From positions 131,809-194,213 of the forward strand of contig DAHR01000013.1 in assembly GCA_002498525.1 (NCBI GenBank): a DNA stretch of 62,405 bases, written 5' to 3'. Within the stretch, counting starts at the first letter, position 1. Each line of letters begins with the position of its first letter. Below are positions 16,677 through 25,853 of the stretch, in pieces. The DNA is from Euryarchaeota archaeon UBA58. Its GTDB lineage: Archaea > Thermoplasmatota > Poseidoniia > Poseidoniales > Thalassarchaeaceae. A model generated the notes under the pieces. That model saw only the letters and a list, made by a program, of their open reading frames with translations, had not been told where the DNA came from and ran no database searches. The position numbers and the translations under genes are program-made.

Positions 16677-19388
16677 ATGATGGACTCCAACAACGGCCCA
16701 GCCAGAGCATCGATTCTCATCTTGACGATGCTCTTGACCAGTCTCCTGCTGGCCCTGACCCCGAGTGCCGCCGCTGAAGCGGAAACACGTTCCTCCCACA
16801 CCTATGTCGAACAGTTCGGACCGAGTTTCGACAAGGTGATCATCGCTACTACCGAAGACGATCTGAGTACCCCTCGCGACCTCGCCTTCCACCCCAATTC
16901 AGCTCGACCGAATGAACTCTGGATCGCCAATCGCGCCACCGACAGCATCACCATCGTTCACAACACCGGTTTGGAGGATCAATACTCTGAGAACCGACAA
17001 GACAGTTATGCGAATCACTTCATGGAGGAGATCAGCGCTTTCGCCTTCGGGCAATATGATTCCGAATTCGATTACATATTCGCCTCGGCCCAAGAATCGC
17101 GCAATACGTACAACGGACAGCAATCCCCGAACGATTTCATGGGCCCCGCTCTCTGGCCCTCCTCACTCGACCACTTCGCCGAGGAACATCAGTCGGACAG
17201 CAGGTTGGGCAGTCATCTCGACATGCTGCATGAAAGCCCTCAAGGAATGGGTATCGCCCACGACTCGGGCAATGCCTACTGGTACAACGACGGTCACTAT
17301 GGGGAATTGGTGTATTATGACTTCAGCTCAGACCACGACACCGGTGGCGACGACCACGATGACGGCATCGTTAGGCGTTACAGCGAGATCACTCCGACCC
17401 GCAGGGTGGGCGTCCCCGGCCACATGATACTCGACAAGTCGAACGGCATCCTCTACATCGCCGACACCGGTGCTGGCAGAGTTCTCTGGGTCAATACCGA
17501 CGACACCAGCACGACGACGACGAACATCATGGGTTCCAGCACGCAGAAGGACTCCTCACTGGCGGAGTATAGCGAAATCACCAATGTCGAATGGGGCGTT
17601 CTCGCTTCCGGACTCGACGACCCATCGGGAATCGCATTGCAAGGTGACAAGCTCTTCGTCTCGCTCAATGGCAATGGCAAAATCAAGGCTTATGGCCTCG
17701 CTGGCAACGGCAAAAGTGCAACCCACCTGCAGACCATCGACACCAATGCTAACTCGATCATGGGCCTAGAAGTAGGGCCGAACGACAAGCTCTACTATGT
17801 CAGTTCGTCAAACAATCGAGTCATCAGAATCGACCCACATCCGGACGCTGACCTCGATTGGATTCGTGACAGCCTGGACGATTGCGACCAGACCTACGGC
17901 ACGAGTACGGAGGACCGAGTGGGGTGTCCAGACCAGGACGGCGACGGTTGGTCCGACGATGGCGATGACTTCTATGCTGACAATACTCAATGGAGCGACA
18001 CTGATTCCGACGGTTACGGCGACAATCCCACGCCCGCGACCACTCCTGACGATTGCCTGTTGACTTGGGGTAACTCGACCATCGACAGGCTCGGTTGTGT
18101 TGACAGGGACGGTGATGGCTGGTCTGATGCCAACGACGAATATCCGAACAACAAGCTGTTGTGGTCAGATGATGACGGGGATGGTTATGCAGACCAATCA
18201 GGGACAAGCATCTCCGACGACTGCCCTGAAGTCTACGGATTCTCGAGTGCAGATCGACTCGGTTGCATCGATACAGACGGTGACGGCTGGTCGGATGCTG
18301 GCGATGATTATCCAGCCGAGTCGACTCAATGGCGCGATACCGATGGTGACGGGTACGGCGACAATGTTGAGGGTAAGGATGGTGATCTCTGTTCGTCGGA
18401 TGAAGGCTACTCTACAATCGATCGCATCGGCTGTCCCGATGCTGACGAAGATGGTTATTCCAATCCCGATGATAGCTGGACAGCCGCGGACGGGGCCGAC
18501 GCATTCCCGATAGATGACACTCAATGGCTCGACTCGGATAGCGACGGCTACGGAGACAATCCCGCGCCTGCGCAACAGGCTGATGACTGCCCCGAGACTT
18601 ACGGCACGAGCATACAGGATCGGCTCGGTTGCCCTGATCTGGATGGCGATGGCTGGTCTGATGAGGGTGATGCCTTCGATATGGATGCGAGCCAGTGGCT
18701 CGATAGTGACGGCGATGGTTACGGTGACAATCCAGCGCCGGCGAATGCGCCCGATGCCTGCCCCGATGACTGGGGTGATTCGACCCTCGACCGATTGGGC
18801 TGTCCAGACAGCGATGGTGACGGCTGGGCCGACCTTGGTGATGCGTTTTCGGATAATGTACGACTTTGGTCTGACTCTGACGGCGATGGATATGCCGACC
18901 AACAGGGAACCAATCTCTCGGATGATTGCCCCGAAGAGACCGGTTCATCGAGCGAGGATCGACTCGGCTGCGTCGATGCCGATGGCGATGGTTGGTCCGA
19001 TGCCGGCGATTCTTATCCCGCAGATGCGTCGCGCCATGTCAAGAGCCTGCTACCGATGATCATGCTGATTCTCGTGGTTCTCGTCGGTGGAACCGCAACG
19101 GGGGTAATTCTGCGCCGACGCGGGAAGGAGGGGCCGATTCCGCACCTCACAGCGCCTGAAATGACTCCGCCACCTGTTCTTGCTCCAGCCGATCCGCCTG
19201 GACTCCCCCCTGAACCACCGGGGCTAGACCCTGAGCCGCCAGTCCCTGAGCCTGAAGCCGAAGAGGTTGGACCACCAATCCCCAAGGAAGGAATTCCAGA
19301 GGGTTGGACCTTGGAGCAATGGAATTACTATGGTCAGGAATGGCTCGATTCCGAAGGTGAAGGAGTCGAAGACGAAGAGGAGAGGTGA
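16677..19388 (+). CDS. membrane-anchored surface protein: beta-propeller (NHL-like) domain, TSP3-like Ca-binding repeats, TM and Pro-rich tail
   Basis: Signal peptide; PRDLAFHP/LYIADTG/PSGIAL propeller motifs; 7 DRxGCxDxDGDGWSD units; TM followed by RRRGK. Confidence 0.88.
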   Translation: MMDSNNGPARASILILTMLLTSLLLALTPSAAAEAETRSSHTYVEQFGPSFDKVIIATTEDDLSTPRDLAFHPNSARPNELWIANRATDSITIVHNTGLEDQYSENRQDSYANHFMEEISAFAFGQYDSEFDYIFASAQESRNTYNGQQSPNDFMGPALWPSSLDHFAEEHQSDSRLGSHLDMLHESPQGMGIAHDSGNAYWYNDGHYGELVYYDFSSDHDTGGDDHDDGIVRRYSEITPTRRVGVPGHMILDKSNGILYIADTGAGRVLWVNTDDTSTTTTNIMGSSTQKDSSLAEYSEITNVEWGVLASGLDDPSGIALQGDKLFVSLNGNGKIKAYGLAGNGKSATHLQTIDTNANSIMGLEVGPNDKLYYVSSSNNRVIRIDPHPDADLDWIRDSLDDCDQTYGTSTEDRVGCPDQDGDGWSDDGDDFYADNTQWSDTDSDGYGDNPTPATTPDDCLLTWGNSTIDRLGCVDRDGDGWSDANDEYPNNKLLWSDDDGDGYADQSGTSISDDCPEVYGFSSADRLGCIDTDGDGWSDAGDDYPAESTQWRDTDGDGYGDNVEGKDGDLCSSDEGYSTIDRIGCPDADEDGYSNPDDSWTAADGADAFPIDDTQWLDSDSDGYGDNPAPAQQADDCPETYGTSIQDRLGCPDLDGDGWSDEGDAFDMDASQWLDSDGDGYGDNPAPANAPDACPDDWGDSTLDRLGCPDSDGDGWADLGDAFSDNVRLWSDSDGDGYADQQGTNLSDDCPEETGSSSEDRLGCVDADGDGWSDAGDSYPADASRHVKSLLPMIMLILVVLVGGTATGVILRRRGKEGPIPHLTAPEMTPPPVLAPADPPGLPPEPPGLDPEPPVPEPEAEEVGPPIPKEGIPEGWTLEQWNYYGQEWLDSEGEGVEDEEER
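17840..19035 (+). repeat. seven ~57-aa TSP3-like Asp-rich coding repeats
   Basis: Repeated DDCxxxxGxSxxDRLGCxDxDGDGWSD...QWxDxDGDGYGDN units. Confidence 0.8.
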
Positions 19389-19413
19389 TGTTCTCGGCCT
19401 GCCTCGGCAGCCC

Positions 19414-19995
19414 ATGATTGACTGGGGCTCCTACGATTTCCATCCAGTCGTCCATCTTCCTGATGAATATGAAGTCAGGGACTTCACAACTGGGGACTAT
19501 TCACCCTCGAAGTCAGAGTACGATATTGGGCGATACGATGAACTACGCCCCGGAATGTATGCGACAGAACTCTTCGCAGGCGCTCGCTTCCTGCACGTTG
19601 GCATCGATATCGGAGCGCCTGTCGGAACACCTTGCATGGCATTTGCGAACGGCGAAATCTCTCATTTCGGTTACAATCCAGCAGACGGCGATTACGGCAA
19701 CGTCGTCATCACCAAGCATAGACTCGATAGCGCGACTATCTGGGCGCTCTACGGTCACCTCGACGCGGCCTCGATAATCGGTAAATCGGTCGGCCAATTA
19801 GTCACCGCAGGAGAGGTGATCTGCCACATGGGTCCGCGTGAAGAAAACGGCGGTTGGGATCCTCACCTGCACTTCCAACTCTCTTACACCGAGCCAGAGA
19901 CCCACGACCTCCCCGGAGTGGTTGACCCCAAGGACCGCGAAGATGCCTTGGCGAAATATCCGGATCCGAGGCTTGTACTCGGGCCGATTTACTGA
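19414..19995 (+). CDS. M23 family metallopeptidase
   Basis: HVGID (HxxxD), YGNVV, LYGHL and PHLHF (HxH); start placed at ATG 19414. Confidence 0.88.
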   Translation: MIDWGSYDFHPVVHLPDEYEVRDFTTGDYSPSKSEYDIGRYDELRPGMYATELFAGARFLHVGIDIGAPVGTPCMAFANGEISHFGYNPADGDYGNVVITKHRLDSATIWALYGHLDAASIIGKSVGQLVTAGEVICHMGPREENGGWDPHLHFQLSYTEPETHDLPGVVDPKDREDALAKYPDPRLVLGPIY

Positions 19996-21029
19996 ATCGA
20001 AGCGAGATGGGCTTTGAGGCCGTCGATCGAGGCCATCGCGGAGGGGTCAATACCCTGAATCAAGGCCAAGGCGATGCTGATCCAATCGGTCAGATGGGCA
20101 GCGTAGAGAAGGCTCTCCAACAGGCTCTGACCCTCGCAATCGAGAACCCAGGAAGCGTCGCAATCAATATTCTCCATCATCCAATCCATGCGGGCGCGCA
20201 GGCGTGGATTTACCGCACTCGAAGTCATGTAGAGCAGGGCTTGTGAGCCAGAGTCGGCTGCCCATGCGACGATTTCGTTATGATTCATCTCGGGCAGGTC
20301 GACCGGCCGAGCGAATCGGTCGGCATTTTCGTTCAATTGGTTCGCGAAGCGACGAGCCGCGCAGCCGAGCAGGGTCGGCGCGACGATGCCAATCTCACAT
20401 CCAATCATGCCTTGAGCCATGGCAGCCACGCGACCATCACCACCAACGATATCGGCGGACTGCGAGGCGGCACGAAGCCGCCCGAGCATTCCCGACAATT
20501 CATCATCACTCGGCTTCGGAAGAATCCCGAGCGCGAAGCAAACGGCTAGTTGAGTGCCAAGTAAATGTCCGAATGCAGAACGCGGCATCTGACCGGCGGG
20601 AACCGATAAACAGAGTGACTCCTCGCTCTCAGCAAGGAGATCTTCAAGCGCACCGCCAGAGCAGATGCCGACAACGGTTCCACCGTCTTCGAGAACCGCA
20701 CGAACCCCATCCAGAGTCTCCTCGGTGTCGCCCGAGTAGGAGGTTGCGATGACCAGCCAATCCGGCCCCCACCACGAGGGCAGACCGTAGTCACGCCAGA
20801 CCACGAATGGCAAGCCACCAGCATGGTCGGCCAGAGCCGAGAGGAACATCCCACCGGCGCCCGAACCACCCATCCCAAGGCAGAGGACTCCACTCCAATC
20901 GGTATCTGCTTCGACCTCGATTTTAGTCGCCAATGCAGCCTCGAGGTCGTCGACGAAACGACGTGTGAATCCGGCCATGTCGCCAGCGTCGTGAGCAGCT
21001 AGAAGTGCCTCGAAATCCCGCTCGCCCAT
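19989..21029 (-). CDS. bifunctional phosphoglucose/phosphomannose isomerase (SIS domain)
   Basis: GMGGSG, SYSGDTEET, QLNENA and PEMNHNE motifs. Confidence 0.85.
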   Translation of the reverse strand: MGERDFEALLAAHDAGDMAGFTRRFVDDLEAALATKIEVEADTDWSGVLCLGMGGSGAGGMFLSALADHAGGLPFVVWRDYGLPSWWGPDWLVIATSYSGDTEETLDGVRAVLEDGGTVVGICSGGALEDLLAESEESLCLSVPAGQMPRSAFGHLLGTQLAVCFALGILPKPSDDELSGMLGRLRAASQSADIVGGDGRVAAMAQGMIGCEIGIVAPTLLGCAARRFANQLNENADRFARPVDLPEMNHNEIVAWAADSGSQALLYMTSSAVNPRLRARMDWMMENIDCDASWVLDCEGQSLLESLLYAAHLTDWISIALALIQGIDPSAMASIDGLKAHLASIQ

Positions 21030-21031
21030 GC

Positions 21032-22084
21032 TCAGTCCTCCGCTACGTGTCCTGGCAACGCCATCCACGAGTCGTCTATGAATCCGATGCGCAGACTCGC
21101 ACCGGAGCCCTCATCATCATAGGGCAGTGCGACGGTCACCACGCGGTAATCGACGGGGTCCATGACCTCAGCCCCTGAAGAGTCGCGATTGAGAATATCA
21201 ACGACTTTCTGGTCATCCAAACGACACACAACGCTAGCCTTCTCCATATCGCGCCAACTGACTCCAGTACGCTGATTATGTTCGAGTCGGCTCAGTGTTG
21301 GACCATCCTTCTGCCAAGCGGAGACAAGCCAATTCTGTCGCTTAAGTCGAACCACATCTCCAAGGGCGTAAGCCGGTTTCCGGTAACTGAGAGTGAGGCG
21401 TGTGACCTCCATCCCATCCCGCATCCCGACGAGTGTTGCCGATTCCTTGATGGTGCCCCCGAAACGCTTGACGAGGCGTCGCGCCCAGGTTTTTGTGAGT
21501 GATTTCGAGCCGAGCTGGAGATCCCATCCTCCAGTAACGGGCCCTTCCTTGGTGATGAAGAACATCGGGTCTGATTCGGCTTCGTCGAGGAGCTCATCGA
21601 GGGTACCTCTGAGTGATTTGAGTTCCTCGTCTGATAGGCGGCGACCAGCGCTTCTGAGTTGCATCGTCGCCTCGAAATAAGCGCCTGCTCTTCGAGTGCA
21701 GGCAGGGCAGACGGCATTGCTCGTCTGAATCAGGACGTCGTGCTCGTCTGCGAAATCGTAGCCCTCGAGTTGGCCCTCGACGGTTACGTGCAGACGGGCT
21801 GTTCGCTCGTCGATCGGCTGGTAGGCTACATCGACGGCTACTTCGGTTGCCCCGCTCACCACATCGAGATTCTCGCGCAATCGATGTTCGCCGAGATCGG
21901 CGTCGTCGATGTTGACCCAGCGTTTCTCGACCTCGTGCTTCGAACACTTGGCACAGCGCTCCTGTTGAATCCTGTCAGGGACTTTCGAAAATGTGGTTCT
22001 GACGCGCAGGCAAGCCTCGCACAGACGCTTGCTGGTCAGAGGTGGTTGCGCGCCGCAAGCAACACAGAATGCTCCGCTGTCCAT
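21032..22084 (-). CDS. nmd3: NMD3 family ribosome biogenesis protein
   Basis: Four CxxC pairs (CVAC, CEAC, CAKC, CPAC) and YFEATMQLR. Confidence 0.88.
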   Translation of the reverse strand: MDSGAFCVACGAQPPLTSKRLCEACLRVRTTFSKVPDRIQQERCAKCSKHEVEKRWVNIDDADLGEHRLRENLDVVSGATEVAVDVAYQPIDERTARLHVTVEGQLEGYDFADEHDVLIQTSNAVCPACTRRAGAYFEATMQLRSAGRRLSDEELKSLRGTLDELLDEAESDPMFFITKEGPVTGGWDLQLGSKSLTKTWARRLVKRFGGTIKESATLVGMRDGMEVTRLTLSYRKPAYALGDVVRLKRQNWLVSAWQKDGPTLSRLEHNQRTGVSWRDMEKASVVCRLDDQKVVDILNRDSSGAEVMDPVDYRVVTVALPYDDEGSGASLRIGFIDDSWMALPGHVAED

Positions 22085-22205
22085 CGCGCTCCCCCTGCCT
22101 CCGGCAGAAGTGCGTCGTTTGAATGGTTCCCGCGTCGGTCGGGGGTGGATTCTTGCCCTCTGAGGTGAGAAAATCCACCCGATTCAGAGGCAGATGAGTC
22201 AGCAA

Positions 22206-22352
22206 TCATTCCTCATCTGATTGATCCGAATCGGCTAGCGAAGCCAGATCCGCGCGCAGATTCGCGATATCACCGAGCAGAGTCCTGCTGTGATAGCCGA
22301 GCAATCCCAGCATTATCAAATAGGCCAGATAGGCCGAGTAGATACCACTCAA
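22206..22352 (-). CDS. small single-TM protein, CcmD-like (48 aa; not in ORF track)
   Basis: TTG start overlaps the ccmC stop (TTGA); translation MSGIYSAYLAYLIMLGLLGYHSRTLLGDIANLRADLASLADSDQSDEE. Confidence 0.65.
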   Translation of the reverse strand: MSGIYSAYLAYLIMLGLLGYHSRTLLGDIANLRADLASLADSDQSDEE

Positions 22353-23098
22353 GAGCCCACCTCCGAATCGAGCTCGACAGGAGCTGCTACAGAATTCTCA
22401 TCGAGGCCTCGCTTGACTCCAACCAACTCAGCAGCCAAGCGATAGCGCAGGTTAGAGAGGCGAACCAGACCTGCGAATACAACACACATCGAGAGGAATC
22501 CAAAGAGCAGAATCATCTTGATCTCTGGGTCTAATCCAGAGTCCTCAGAATCGATGATTAGGACCCCGGGATGCCGCTCCTGATACCAAGTAGTAGCCAG
22601 AGCGGTGATTGGAACCAGCGCGAACCCGAACAGCCCGACGGCCGACAGAGTGTCGCGAGTCTCCTGACTGTCGGCTTGTGACCGGCGAGAGAGGACGAGG
22701 AAGAGAGCGACCGCGGTGAGCAGGGCGAAGGTGTTGAGGCGAAGGTCTCCCCAATCCCACGGCGTCCCCCATTCCGCCGAACCCCAGATCGGCCCCGATG
22801 TGATGACCCCAAGGCCGAAAACCAAACCGAGATCAGACCCGGTCTGGAACCAGATCCAACCGTTTTCGTCGCGCTTCGCATACCACTTCACTGCCCCGAT
22901 GAAGAGCAGAGTGAAGGCCAGAAACGACGACCAGGCGAATGGCACATGGAGGAAGAGAATCCGATACGCCTCGGGCGACTCCCACGACTCTGCGCTGACT
23001 GAAGGTGCGTAGAAAAGGCCGAGCAGTGCTGTGATTGACACGCTTGCGAGGCCGATTGCGAGGAGGTTGAAGCCGGCCTCTTGGCGGGTTGACATCAC
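22349..23098 (-). CDS. ccmC: heme exporter / cytochrome c biogenesis protein CcmC
   Basis: YRILFLHVP, TSGPIWG and WGTPWDWGDLRLNT (WWD domain), second His in ERHP; six TM segments. Confidence 0.88.
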   Translation of the reverse strand: MMSTRQEAGFNLLAIGLASVSITALLGLFYAPSVSAESWESPEAYRILFLHVPFAWSSFLAFTLLFIGAVKWYAKRDENGWIWFQTGSDLGLVFGLGVITSGPIWGSAEWGTPWDWGDLRLNTFALLTAVALFLVLSRRSQADSQETRDTLSAVGLFGFALVPITALATTWYQERHPGVLIIDSEDSGLDPEIKMILLFGFLSMCVVFAGLVRLSNLRYRLAAELVGVKRGLDENSVAAPVELDSEVGS

Positions 23099-23184
23099 CG
23101 AGTCGTCGGGCGGCGCGGTGATGAATCCACCTGATGAAAAATCAGAATGAAACGCGCGTGAGAACGAAATACGTCAAGCCTGAA

Positions 23185-24597
23185 TCAGTCTTCGGGAATG
23201 ATCACTGCGACCGCCCAGATCAGGGCCGCCGAGCCGGTAGCGATGAGCACATCGAGAATCGGCTCGCCCATCGCCAATTCAAAACTCATTCCCGTATCCA
23301 TCAGCGTCGTCAAGGCGCTGGTCAATTCAAGGAAGGGCCAAACCAGGACGAGGAGCAGGAGCGAGCCGGCCGCCGCGCTGGCTCGGCGCAGGTCGGCGAC
23401 CATCAGGTGCAGGGCGGCGGCCGCACAACTGATGTCGATCATCGCCAGAGGTGGAAGCCACAGCCAACGCAGAACCTCATCGTAGACTGCCGAATCGATA
23501 TCACCCGCAAGGACGTACCACGCGAGGTAGGTCAGAGGTATCGGCAGGATGAATGAGGCTCCCATGATTGAGAATGTGGCGCGCGACCACGGACCGATCA
23601 TCGCGCGCCACCAGTCGCCAGAGCGCTCTTCCGCGAGTCGCTTGATGAGCGCAGGCGCTACCACCGCTGCGATGAAGGCAGGGGCGAGAACCAGAGCGGC
23701 GAGGAGGTCATGATTCTCGGCAGTCCGGGGAATGTCAGTGGCCATCGTATAGGTCAGCAGCAAGGCGACCAGGGCAGGCGTTCCGCGGGTAATCGTATCG
23801 AGAGGGTTGCGCTTCTCGATCCTCCACGCCCAAGAGACGAATTCGGAGAAGGCTGAGGCTTCCTGAGCCGCGCTCGGCTCGACCATTTCCACCGCGTCGC
23901 CAAGAGCCTCGCCCGGCTCCGACGTCAACCGACCATTACCAGAGACAGTGATGATGCGGTCAGCTGCGCTGGTCAGTTCTGGGTCATGAGTTGCGATGAC
24001 TATTCCATGTCCGCGAGCCGTCAAAGCGCGCAGCCAACCGATGAGCAAGCGCCGTGAAGCCTCGTCGAGCCCTTCCGAGGGCTCGTCCAACAAGCAGATC
24101 GTGGGTTCTAGGGATAATGCCGCTGGCGCGAGTCCACAAAGCACCGCGAGCCTGCGGCGAAGACCATCGGACAATTGTGATACCGACTCACCGGCTCGAT
24201 GACTCATGCCCCAATCGGTCAGCATCGAAGCGAGCGCATCGGCCGCATCGTCTCGGCCAGCCAAGCGAATGGCGTGGCCGAGGTGTTCTGCAACAGTCTC
24301 CTCACCACAGACAGCGTCGCTCTGCAGGGTCAGACCGATGCCCGCGACACTGCCACGCTCACCCTCCGAATCGCGCACGACCGTCGAATAGGTGGAGAGG
24401 CTCAAACGGACCGAGCCCGCTGCCAGGGAATGCAGGCCGGCGAGGGATTCGAGAAGAGTGGTTTTACCGGAGCCATTGGGTCCGACGAGCGCCACCACTT
24501 CGCCCTCCCTGAGTGCGAAGTCGGCACCGCGCAGCACCTCTCGTGCGCCACGATTGACGACTAGTCCTTCGCCCGTGATGAGAATCCGTCCGCCCAC
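23185..24597 (-). CDS. ABC ATPase (CcmA-like) fused to a multi-TM membrane domain (CcmB-like)
   Basis: GPNGSGKTT, LSDGLRRR, LLDEP and ATHD, followed by about 6 TM helices; lies upstream of ccmC; start taken at GTG 24597. Confidence 0.75.
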   Translation of the reverse strand: MGGRILITGEGLVVNRGAREVLRGADFALREGEVVALVGPNGSGKTTLLESLAGLHSLAAGSVRLSLSTYSTVVRDSEGERGSVAGIGLTLQSDAVCGEETVAEHLGHAIRLAGRDDAADALASMLTDWGMSHRAGESVSQLSDGLRRRLAVLCGLAPAALSLEPTICLLDEPSEGLDEASRRLLIGWLRALTARGHGIVIATHDPELTSAADRIITVSGNGRLTSEPGEALGDAVEMVEPSAAQEASAFSEFVSWAWRIEKRNPLDTITRGTPALVALLLTYTMATDIPRTAENHDLLAALVLAPAFIAAVVAPALIKRLAEERSGDWWRAMIGPWSRATFSIMGASFILPIPLTYLAWYVLAGDIDSAVYDEVLRWLWLPPLAMIDISCAAAALHLMVADLRRASAAAGSLLLLVLVWPFLELTSALTTLMDTGMSFELAMGEPILDVLIATGSAALIWAVAVIIPED

Positions 24598-24683
24598 GCA
24601 GTCTCCACCGACGGCGTGCGTTTGAGTGGTTCCATCGAAGCCCCTATGCCATCGAGCGCGTCGTCGAAGCCCGAGGAAGCAGA

Positions 24684-25721
24684 ATGACTGGGGCGGATTA
24701 CGAAATCCTCTGGTCCGACTTGACGACCGGCGACTACCTCGCAATCGCCCTCTTTCTGGTAATCGCCACAGCCCCCTATGTCGTTGCTGTGAAACAACAG
24801 ACCAGTCTCGCGCTCGCCACCGTTCTCTCGCTGCTGCTGGTCACCTTCTACCAAATGCTCCTCGAACAGGGCTTGTTCGACTTCAAACCGCAATTCTTCC
24901 TCAGTCTGATTCCTGCTCTTGCCAGCGAACCGACTCAGGCTCACAGATTCATCACCGCCGCCTGGCTTCACTCCGGTTGGATCCATGTCCTCGGCAACAT
25001 CATCGTCATCGCCCTTGCCGGCGTCCCGCTGGAGCAGAGGATGGGACCCCGCAGATGGATGGCGATCTACATCATCGGTCTGCTCGGCGGCAACATCGCC
25101 TGGACCCTCGTCCACCCCGATTCAACAACTCCGGCACTCGGTGCATCGGGTGCTGCATTCGGCATACTGGGAGCCTATATGGCCTGTTGGCCGGAGGACC
25201 GGATCGAGTTCCCGATGCTCTTCTTCATCCGTCCTTGGCCGGTCTGGATGATCGCTGCCTTCCGGCTTGGTCTAGAGGTCTACAACATGTACCAGATCGA
25301 AATCAGAACTGGCTCCTCAAACGTCGCTCACATGGCTCACCTCGGCGGCTTCATGCTGGCTTGGGCGCTGGCCCGCACCATCGCCAGAGGTGCTCCTTCA
25401 CCACTCGATGATTCATCGGATATCTCAATCGCCGGCTCGTCGGCCTCGAAGGCCGTGCGAGCCGCTGCGATAGCGAGGATGGGCAGCCTCGAATCTGACC
25501 CTTGGTCCGAGGCTGGAAAAACGCTGGAGGGAGAGTCTGCCCGCATCATGCGAAGACTGCGAGAAGAGGGGGATGAACTCGAGACGCGTAGGGCCTGGTT
25601 GGAGGAGTTGGCCGAGCAGGTGGTCTGTCCGGTTTGCGAGGGCGAGGTTCTGACCAAGTTGCAGGGAGAGAACTGCACGCTGCGATGTGTGATTTCAAGC
25701 AAACACATCCGCTGGCCATGA
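24684..25721 (+). CDS. rhomboid family intramembrane serine protease with C-terminal Cys-containing tail
   Basis: HSGWIHVLGN, GASG (catalytic Ser), AHLGG (catalytic His) and C-terminal CPVC...C...H. Confidence 0.92.
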   Translation: MTGADYEILWSDLTTGDYLAIALFLVIATAPYVVAVKQQTSLALATVLSLLLVTFYQMLLEQGLFDFKPQFFLSLIPALASEPTQAHRFITAAWLHSGWIHVLGNIIVIALAGVPLEQRMGPRRWMAIYIIGLLGGNIAWTLVHPDSTTPALGASGAAFGILGAYMACWPEDRIEFPMLFFIRPWPVWMIAAFRLGLEVYNMYQIEIRTGSSNVAHMAHLGGFMLAWALARTIARGAPSPLDDSSDISIAGSSASKAVRAAAIARMGSLESDPWSEAGKTLEGESARIMRRLREEGDELETRRAWLEELAEQVVCPVCEGEVLTKLQGENCTLRCVISSKHIRWP

Positions 25722-25835
25722 GTTTTCGCAGCGATTTCATCCATTGATGGTAAGTCAACGGAGCGCCGCCTGTGGTCTCGATGACGACACTGAGCCGGCT
25801 CCTCGACGGGTTCGGCTTATACCCCGACCGAGTCA

Positions 25836-25853
25836 GGCTCTGCTTGCAGAGCC
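25836..25853. promoter_or_regulatory. inverted repeat abutting the S8 protease start codon
   Basis: GGCTCTGC-TT-GCAGAGCC immediately before the ATG; CTTATA at about 25816. Confidence 0.45.

Noticed and set aside
17840..19035. Possible CRISPR or DNA tandem array in repetitive regions
   Set aside because: Repeats are degenerate at the DNA level and in-frame protein repeats; no identical direct repeats with spacers and no cas genes
23110..23184. Possible C/D box sRNA (GTGATGA...CTGA) between ccmC and the ABC fusion
   Set aside because: Box spacing gives only a 6-nt guide and there is no convincing C'/D' pair
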